Of a stretch of 64,000 bases of DNA, positions 57,984 to 64,000 are shown piece by piece. The DNA comes from Candidatus Omnitrophota bacterium. GTDB lineage: Bacteria; Omnitrophota; Omnitrophia; Omnitrophales; Aquincolibacteriaceae. The notes under the pieces were generated by a model. The model saw only the letters and a program-made list of their open reading frames with translations, had not been told where the DNA came from and searched no databases. A program made the translations under genes and the position numbers. Where the stretch lies: assembly GCA_022711115.1 (NCBI GenBank), contig JAKLFP010000002.1, forward strand, positions 143,674 through 207,673, given 5' to 3'. Positions within the stretch are counted from its first letter, which is position 1. Every line of letters begins with the position of its first letter.

Positions 57984-58178
57984 TACACCCCCCTTTGCGG
58001 TGTCTTTGAGAAACTCTTTTTAAGACTATATTAAAACTATTTAAAGAGTAACACCTTTTTGACAATTTTCAAGGGACAATGATTAACATTCTTCCTAATA
58101 CAACATCTATCAAAATAAAATATTTAAGGTCTATATTCATTCTAGATAATGACTCTAAATTGTTACAGATCCTGGATT

Positions 58179-58910
58179 TCAAGTTTTTTCAACAAAACGG
58201 ACAGCCAGACCTAATTGTTCCTTTCGAACTTCCTTGCGGCATATCTCCCCTGAAATTTGATATTCTTCCGGAAAGTTTGCGCTCGGAAATATATGGATCT
58301 CAACCTTAAGGCCCTCGATAGGATTCAACGCATCAATCCTATGAGAAACCCCAAGGTCAAGATATTCCCCGAAAAGCCCCCCCTCACTGATATTTGTCGC
58401 AATGGCGGTGGTTTGGATCATTTCTCCGCTTGCGGTAAATATCTTTAATTCCAGCGGAACCGCAACGTGCATGCGGTGGCTCCGCCGCTGTTCTAGCTGA
58501 TAGCCAAGCGACTCCTGGGGGGTTTTAACACCCTTGGCCATAATCTTCTTGTCGGGATCCTTAACGAAAAGAAAGGGCCCAAAAGATTCGGCCACCTGCT
58601 TCTCATCCGAGCAGATATCCACTTTCCCCGAGGGAAAGTTATCCTCGATACAGTGGGCCATTTCTGGCGTCACCCCGTAAAGCACGCTATGCTTGGGACG
58701 GATGCAAACCGTCAAAAGACGTCGCATCCCTATCGCATCCAGAGGACCCGACTCTTGGAAGTTTAGGATAATCTGCTGCAAGCCGTAGCGCCGGATGTTT
58801 TTCTGAATCTTCCAGGCTACCTCCTGCACCGATTCAAAGGTCGGCATGCCCTTGAGATCAAAAACCGAAACCCCGCCGATTTCTCGCGTTGAATAATGGA
58901 ATTTAGTCAT
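58179..58910 (-). CDS. STAS (anti-sigma-antagonist-like) - PilZ fusion protein; putative c-di-GMP receptor. ATG at 58910; the track start at 58997 is GTG
   Basis: N-terminal STAS-like fold (MTKFHYSTREIGGVSVFDLKG...). C-terminal PilZ motifs QRRSHRMHV (RxxxR) and NISEGGL (D/NxSxGG). Confidence 0.6.
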   Translation of the reverse strand: MTKFHYSTREIGGVSVFDLKGMPTFESVQEVAWKIQKNIRRYGLQQIILNFQESGPLDAIGMRRLLTVCIRPKHSVLYGVTPEMAHCIEDNFPSGKVDICSDEKQVAESFGPFLFVKDPDKKIMAKGVKTPQESLGYQLEQRRSHRMHVAVPLELKIFTASGEMIQTTAIATNISEGGLFGEYLDLGVSHRIDALNPIEGLKVEIHIFPSANFPEEYQISGEICRKEVRKEQLGLAVRFVEKT

Positions 58911-59341
58911 AACGCATCTTCCTCTTTTTGAACCGTTCGACCCTCCAAAGAATTCGGTGGATTCTGGGATAGATGTACCCTGAAAGAATATCTCCACGCT
59001 GGATGACGTAGGCCAATTGAGGACCCCCTTTCCCGTTCATTTTCATACTGCGAAAATCTTGAAGATCATGTGTCATTTTCATCACTCCTCTTTTTCAAAT
59101 TGTCCATAATATCATTTAACAACTTTTACTATGTTCTAACAAAAACATAACTCAGTAAAATACTTTTGTCAATATGTTATATATATAAAATATTTAATTA
59201 TATATTTTATTAATATTTATAAATATATATATCAAAAACAAGCAAATACATAACAAAAATGAGCCAAATTGACTCACTCTAAAAAACTTAAATCACTACC
59301 TTGGAAAGTCCTTGCCGGAGGCAAGAAGATTTTTAGAAGAT

Positions 59342-60694
59342 TTATTTAGGAGGCATTTGGAGCTTTTTCAGACGCTCCGAAAGGATTTTTTCAAAACCAA
59401 CTTCAACGGGACGGTAATAGCTGTTTTTTTTGCGGATGTAAATCTGATCCAGCTTCTGACCAGGATGGTCGTGCGGGTAAATATAACCAACGCCATGGCC
59501 GAGCGCCTTGGCACCGTGATAGGCAGAGCTTCGTAAATGCTGCGGCACCTGCTCGGATTTTTGATTCTGGACATCCTCAGTCGCCAGTTCAATAGCCCGA
59601 TAACTTGCATTGCTCTTCGGGGCAAGGGACAAATAACTCACGACTTGCGACAGGATAATTCTTGCTTCCGGCATCCCAACAAATTCGATCGCGGTGAAAC
59701 CGCTTGCGGCAAGCATTAGCGCCTGCGGATCCGCATTCCCGATATCTTCACTCGCAAAGATCATCATCCGCCGCATGATAAACCTTGGATCTTCTCCGGC
59801 GTAAAGCATCTTGGCCAGCCAGTAAATGGCGGCATCAACATCCGAACCGCGCATACTTTTGATGAACGCGCTGATGGTGTCGTAATGGAAATCTTCGTCC
59901 CAGTCATAATGCACGATCTTTTTTTGGCAGGACTCTTCCCCAACCGCGGGCGTAAAATGGATCACGTTTTTTTCATCAGGCGGCGTTGTCAAAACGCCGA
60001 TCTCCAGCGCATTCAACGCCCGCCGGGCATCCCCGGAAGATTGTTTTGCGATATGGCTCAATGCCGCAGGATCGATTTCGACTTTCAAATTTCCGAATCC
60101 GCGCTCTTTGTCCCCCACCGCGCGTTTCAGGATCTGAACCAGGTGAGATTCTTCATGAGGCTTGAGCTCACAGACGAGCGACCTTGAAAGAAGCGGCCCC
60201 CGGATCGCAAACGAGGGGTTCTGCGTGGTAGCACCGATCAGGATGATCACACCCGTTTCGACATCCGGCATAAGAATATCCTGCTGGGCTTTATTGAACC
60301 GATGGATTTCATCGATAAAGAGAACTGTTTTTTTGTGAGCATGCCTCAGCAGGCGCCGCGCATCAGCCTGAATCTTCCGCATCTCGGCCACATTGCTCAA
60401 AACCGCATTAATCGAAACGTAATGCGCAGCGGTCATCCGTGCAATCACAAGCGCGACGGTGGTTTTCCCGGTCCCTGGAGGACCATACAGAATAAGGGAA
60501 CTCAAGCGATCCGATTCGAGCGTGCGCCGGAGAAGCTTTCCTTTACCAAGAAGATGCTCCTGGCCCACAATCTCATCCAGGGAAACCGGCCGCATACGAA
60601 CTGCCAGTGGCGCATCTGGCGGAAGCTGGAGAACATCATCCACTTCGGATGGCTGAAACAACTCTCCGGAGGACATAGGATTTTTATTTGACAT
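59342..60694 (-). CDS. rarA: Replication-associated recombination protein A (AAA+ ATPase, MgsA/RarA)
   Basis: LRPVSLDEIVGQEHLLG..., Walker A GPPGTGKTT, Walker B VLFIDEIHRFNKAQQD, and the MgsA C-terminal domain. Confidence 0.9.
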   Translation of the reverse strand: MSNKNPMSSGELFQPSEVDDVLQLPPDAPLAVRMRPVSLDEIVGQEHLLGKGKLLRRTLESDRLSSLILYGPPGTGKTTVALVIARMTAAHYVSINAVLSNVAEMRKIQADARRLLRHAHKKTVLFIDEIHRFNKAQQDILMPDVETGVIILIGATTQNPSFAIRGPLLSRSLVCELKPHEESHLVQILKRAVGDKERGFGNLKVEIDPAALSHIAKQSSGDARRALNALEIGVLTTPPDEKNVIHFTPAVGEESCQKKIVHYDWDEDFHYDTISAFIKSMRGSDVDAAIYWLAKMLYAGEDPRFIMRRMMIFASEDIGNADPQALMLAASGFTAIEFVGMPEARIILSQVVSYLSLAPKSNASYRAIELATEDVQNQKSEQVPQHLRSSAYHGAKALGHGVGYIYPHDHPGQKLDQIYIRKKNSYYRPVEVGFEKILSERLKKLQMPPK

Positions 60695-60744
60695 TGAGGG
60701 TCCTTGGCTTTCACCCTGCCGATTCCGTAAACGACCTGGGCAGA

Positions 60745-62811
60745 CTATTTGCCGTTCTGAAAAGCAGCTTGATATTTTTGAACCAGCGTTTGTGCGATCG
60801 AATCGTGCAGTTTTTGTATTTCATCAGAAATCAAGGTCCGGTCCGGAGACTGGTAAATGATCCGGAATGCGAGGTTCTTGTACCCCTCGGGCACACGCTT
60901 CCCTCGAAAAAGATCGAACAACACGACTTCACAGATCAGCCCTTTTCCCATACCGCGAATCTCGGCCATCAGATCCCCGCAAGAGACAGATTCCCTGACC
61001 ACCAGCGACAGATCGCGGTCTATGGCAGGATAACGAGGCCATTCCTTGAACTTCCGGATGCGTGCGACATGCTGCAAAAGTTTTTCAAGCGAGATCTCGG
61101 CATAATAAACAGGCTCTTTGATCCCCCATTGTTTCAGAAGCCCTGCGCCGACTTTCCCCAAAAAAGCTACCGGCGTCTGCCAGATCCGCACCTCCTCGGA
61201 AGCGGTGGTATCAAAATAACTTTTCGCAGCTTTTGCGGCACATAAATCAACACAGCCGCAACTGGCCAGAACAGTCTCGACAATGCCTTTCAGATCATAA
61301 AAAGTTACCGCCCGAGCCGCATCGAGCCAGGTCTGGACAGCTTTTTTCCCATAAAGGGCCATCGCGCAAACCCGCTCTTCCACCGGATGTTTGTGAACAT
61401 CCGGCATCCTATAGATATTCGCGATCTCGAAAACAGGCACCGAATCAGCCCCGGCGTTAATGTTTTTTTGAATCACGGTCAACAGACTGGTCACAAGTGT
61501 CGGGCGCATCCAATGCAGGCCGTGGTGCAAGGGATTCACGATCTGCACGGCCTGTTTGAGATCCTTCTCAGGATCCAAACCGTCGTCCGAAACGAGACTG
61601 AAAGTTACTGCCTCCGATAACCCGATACCGCTCAATAAATAGCGGAGCTTTTGCTCTAGGGAGAGCCGCGGATTTTCTCCGACAGAAATCGGTGCTCGTT
61701 GGGGTAAGGTTTCCGGGATATTCTCATAGCCATAAATACGCGCCAGCTCTTCGACTAGATCCACGGGCCGTGTCAGATCCGGCCGAAACGATGGAATCCC
61801 AACCTTCCAGCTCCCTAGCGCATGTTGCTTCACGTCGAGTCCAAGGCGCCCCAGGATCAACGCGACCTGATTCGGTTTGATCTCGATCCCAAGCACTTGT
61901 TTGATTTCTTCGCTGCGCAAATGGATCGTTTTGATCGCAAGCTGCGGTTTTTCACCCGCTTTGATCACTGCACTGATGTGCCGCGGTTTCGCATATTTCC
62001 TGATCAAGGCCAGAGCGCGCTGCCGGCCGATATCGACTGCTTCCGGATCGACGCGTCTCTCAAACCGATAGGAGGATTCCGAAGCGAGCTGATGCCATCG
62101 CGATGTCTTGCGAACACGGCCCGGATCAAAAAAAGCGGACTCCAAAAAAACATTGCGCGTCCTATCCGAGATTTCGGATTCCTTCCCGCCCATGACCCCG
62201 GCAAGAGCGATGGCCCGGTCACTATCGGCCACCACAAGGTCATCCGCCTTAAGTTCGATTTCTGCGCCATTGATAGCCAAGAACTTTTCGCCAACCTTGG
62301 CCTTGCGCAGCTGAATTTCTTTGTCCCGAACAAGATCTGCGTCAAAAGCATGGAGCGGTTGCCCCACTTCCAGAAGCACATAATTCGTAATATCCACGAT
62401 CAGATTGACACTGCGGATACCGCAAGCCAGCAGACGCTCCACGATAAAATCAGGAGGCTTGGTTTCCGTAATGCCTTCGATCAAAACACCCGTATAATAA
62501 GGGCAGCCGTCAACATCCTTGATCTTGATCTTCCAACCGGGAGGAGGCGGTGTGCGGGCCAAATCAGGATCGATTACCGGATTTTTGTGTGAGATATTTT
62601 CCACCGCAGCGATTTCGCGCGCCACGCCCCAATGGGAAAGCCAATCCGGGCGATTCGATGTGATCTCGATTTCAAAAATTGTGTCTTGCGGATTGGAAAG
62701 CTGCTCGCATTTTTTGACTTCGAGACCGGCCAGCGTCAGACGCTCAGCAATGCGCGAGAGCGGGGGCGCCAGTTCTACAAAATCTTTGAGCCAATTCGTG
62801 CTGATTTTCAT
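60745..62811 (-). CDS. pheT: Phenylalanine--tRNA ligase beta subunit
   Basis: The N-terminus MKISTNWLKDFVEL matches the PheT start. B3/B4 and B5 domains, then the C-terminal FDX-ACB. 688 aa. Confidence 0.9.
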   Translation of the reverse strand: MKISTNWLKDFVELAPPLSRIAERLTLAGLEVKKCEQLSNPQDTIFEIEITSNRPDWLSHWGVAREIAAVENISHKNPVIDPDLARTPPPPGWKIKIKDVDGCPYYTGVLIEGITETKPPDFIVERLLACGIRSVNLIVDITNYVLLEVGQPLHAFDADLVRDKEIQLRKAKVGEKFLAINGAEIELKADDLVVADSDRAIALAGVMGGKESEISDRTRNVFLESAFFDPGRVRKTSRWHQLASESSYRFERRVDPEAVDIGRQRALALIRKYAKPRHISAVIKAGEKPQLAIKTIHLRSEEIKQVLGIEIKPNQVALILGRLGLDVKQHALGSWKVGIPSFRPDLTRPVDLVEELARIYGYENIPETLPQRAPISVGENPRLSLEQKLRYLLSGIGLSEAVTFSLVSDDGLDPEKDLKQAVQIVNPLHHGLHWMRPTLVTSLLTVIQKNINAGADSVPVFEIANIYRMPDVHKHPVEERVCAMALYGKKAVQTWLDAARAVTFYDLKGIVETVLASCGCVDLCAAKAAKSYFDTTASEEVRIWQTPVAFLGKVGAGLLKQWGIKEPVYYAEISLEKLLQHVARIRKFKEWPRYPAIDRDLSLVVRESVSCGDLMAEIRGMGKGLICEVVLFDLFRGKRVPEGYKNLAFRIIYQSPDRTLISDEIQKLHDSIAQTLVQKYQAAFQNGK

Positions 62812-62878
62812 CTAAAAAGTTTTTTTTTGCATTGTGTTTTGATTTCAAGACCCTGTCCAAGACCGGGTCTTGAAAAGG

Positions 62879-63853
62879 TCATGAAAATTGTTTCAAGAAA
62901 CGCAAGTCGTTTTCAAAAAAATGCCGTATATCCGTGATCCCGTGACGGAGCATGGCAATGCGTTCCACGCCGAGCCCGAATGCAAACCCGCGCACCACGC
63001 TCTTATCATATTTTACTTCGTCAAAAACATTCGGGTCTACGCTGCCCGCGCCCAAAATCTCAAGCCAGCCTTTTCCCCACTGGATGTCCACCTCGACGCT
63101 AGGTTCGGTAAACGGAAAAAAGTGGGGCCGGAAACGTATTTTTGTTTCAGAACCGAAAAGCGCACGCAAAAAAACATGGAGAACTCCTTTCAAATCGCTG
63201 AATGTGACCGCATCATCCACCATCAAGCCTTCGATCTGATGGAACATGAAGGAATGGCTCGCATCCACCGTGTCCGGCCGGTAAACACGCCCCGGAGCAA
63301 TGATCTTTAAAGGCGGCTTGCGATTCTGCATCACGCGAATCTGGACGGTCGAGGTCTGAGAACGCAAAAGCTGTCCGTGCGTGGTATAAAAAGTATCAAA
63401 GGCATCGCGCGACGGATGATCCAGAGGGATGTTCAAGGCCGTGAAATTATGAAATTCCGTTTCGATCTCGGGACCTTCGACGATCTCGAAACCCATACGA
63501 TTAAAAATTGTCGAGATTTCTTGGATGGTTTGCTGCAGGAGATGAATGCTGCCGCTTGACGGTCGAATACCGGGAAGCGAACCATCAAAAGTTTCTTTTC
63601 CCGAAACTTGCTGAGGCGCCTCTTGTTTCGCTGTTTCCACCGAGGCTTCGAGCCACTGTTTCAAACGGTTCAACTCGGCACCCACGGATTTTTTTTCTTC
63701 CGGGGCCACCGTGCCCAGCTGTTTAAATAGTTCGGTCAGCTTCCCTTTTTTTCCAAGATAGGCAATCCGAAAAGCTTCCGCCATTTCAGCAGAGTCGATT
63801 CGTGCCAGATCCTCTCGGGCCTCGTTTTCCAGATGATTTATCTGATCCTTCAT
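62879..63853 (-). CDS. pheS: Phenylalanine--tRNA ligase alpha subunit
   Basis: Class II motifs, including FFPFTEPSVEVDI and GAGSVDPNVF. 324 aa, upstream of pheT. Confidence 0.95.
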   Translation of the reverse strand: MKDQINHLENEAREDLARIDSAEMAEAFRIAYLGKKGKLTELFKQLGTVAPEEKKSVGAELNRLKQWLEASVETAKQEAPQQVSGKETFDGSLPGIRPSSGSIHLLQQTIQEISTIFNRMGFEIVEGPEIETEFHNFTALNIPLDHPSRDAFDTFYTTHGQLLRSQTSTVQIRVMQNRKPPLKIIAPGRVYRPDTVDASHSFMFHQIEGLMVDDAVTFSDLKGVLHVFLRALFGSETKIRFRPHFFPFTEPSVEVDIQWGKGWLEILGAGSVDPNVFDEVKYDKSVVRGFAFGLGVERIAMLRHGITDIRHFFENDLRFLKQFS

Positions 63854-63871
63854 AAGATGCCGGTCTCAAGT

Positions 63872-63947
63872 CCGTCATCCTAAGCAAATCGAATCATTTC
63901 GCCCCGATTCTTTGGCTGCCAAAATTCGTTAGATCTCAGGATGACGG
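63872..63947. promoter_or_regulatory. A 10-bp inverted repeat (ccgtcatcct ... aggatgacgg) in the 5' leader of pheS. Candidate attenuator, or the terminator of the upstream gene
   Basis: A perfect 10-bp stem with a loop of about 56 nt. It lies 20-95 nt upstream of the pheS start on the coding strand. Confidence 0.25.
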
Positions 63948-64000
63948 CTGGAAATTCTTTCTAAGCTTTTTTGACGAATTTGACGATTTCTTGAAAGGTC

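Noticed and set aside
58903-59085. The 60-aa minus-strand ORF just upstream of the STAS-PilZ gene
   Set aside because: No recognisable motif. It overlaps the likely promoter or 5' region of the STAS-PilZ gene. It is too weakly supported to call, though a small leader protein cannot be excluded.

Overview
This is a gene-dense bacterial chromosomal window, about 48-50% GC, in which nearly every gene is on the minus strand. Many adjacent genes are joined by 1-4 nt ATGA/GTGA/TGATG stop-start overlaps, and several start on GTG or TTG. From low to high coordinates it holds five blocks. (1) A large envelope-glycan locus. It carries a DegT-type aminotransferase and a PseB-like 4,6-dehydratase. It has four polytopic GT-C-type membrane glycosyltransferases (one YfhO-like, three ArnT/PMT-like). 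Two Dpm1/ArnC-like polyprenyl-phosphate glycosyltransferases and two paralogous SGNH/GDSL hydrolases are also present. Sugar-nucleotide genes follow: a UXS/ArnA-like UDP-glucuronate decarboxylase, rmlD, rmlB, rmlA and ugd. The locus continues into lptD, which is translationally coupled to two tandem GGDEF diguanylate cyclases. (2) Housekeeping genes follow: an orphan MalK-type ABC ATPase, accD, rpoN, gltBD, tRNA-Thr, tRNA-Gly, a NUDIX hydrolase, the heptose-pathway genes gmhA and hldE domain II, thiE, a pfkB kinase and a probably PPi-dependent phosphofructokinase. (3) A translationally coupled operon runs DUF1844, flippase-like membrane protein, aroQ, accB, accC and an AmaP-like protein. (4) The most unusual region is a 3716-aa giant ORF at 46833-57983 (11.15 kb), flanked by the rest of a small island. 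An IS200-like HuH tyrosine transposase (RAYT) with REP-like palindromes lies on one side of it. A STAS-PilZ protein and an extremely AT-rich spacer lie on the other. The giant protein opens with a signal peptide and an uncharacterised N-terminal region of about 640 aa. A series of short modules follows, and a CheY-like receiver domain is embedded among them. After the receiver domain come about seven tandem beta-sandwich repeats of roughly 150 aa each, encoded by near-identical DNA repeats of about 456 bp. Module junctions carry at least 13 copies of a conserved RSE[LV]R peptide (consensus G-R-S-E-L/V-R). Several of these are followed by Sec- or Tat-like hydrophobic segments. I regard this modular giant ORF as the most likely novel system in the window. 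(5) The window ends with rarA and pheS/pheT.
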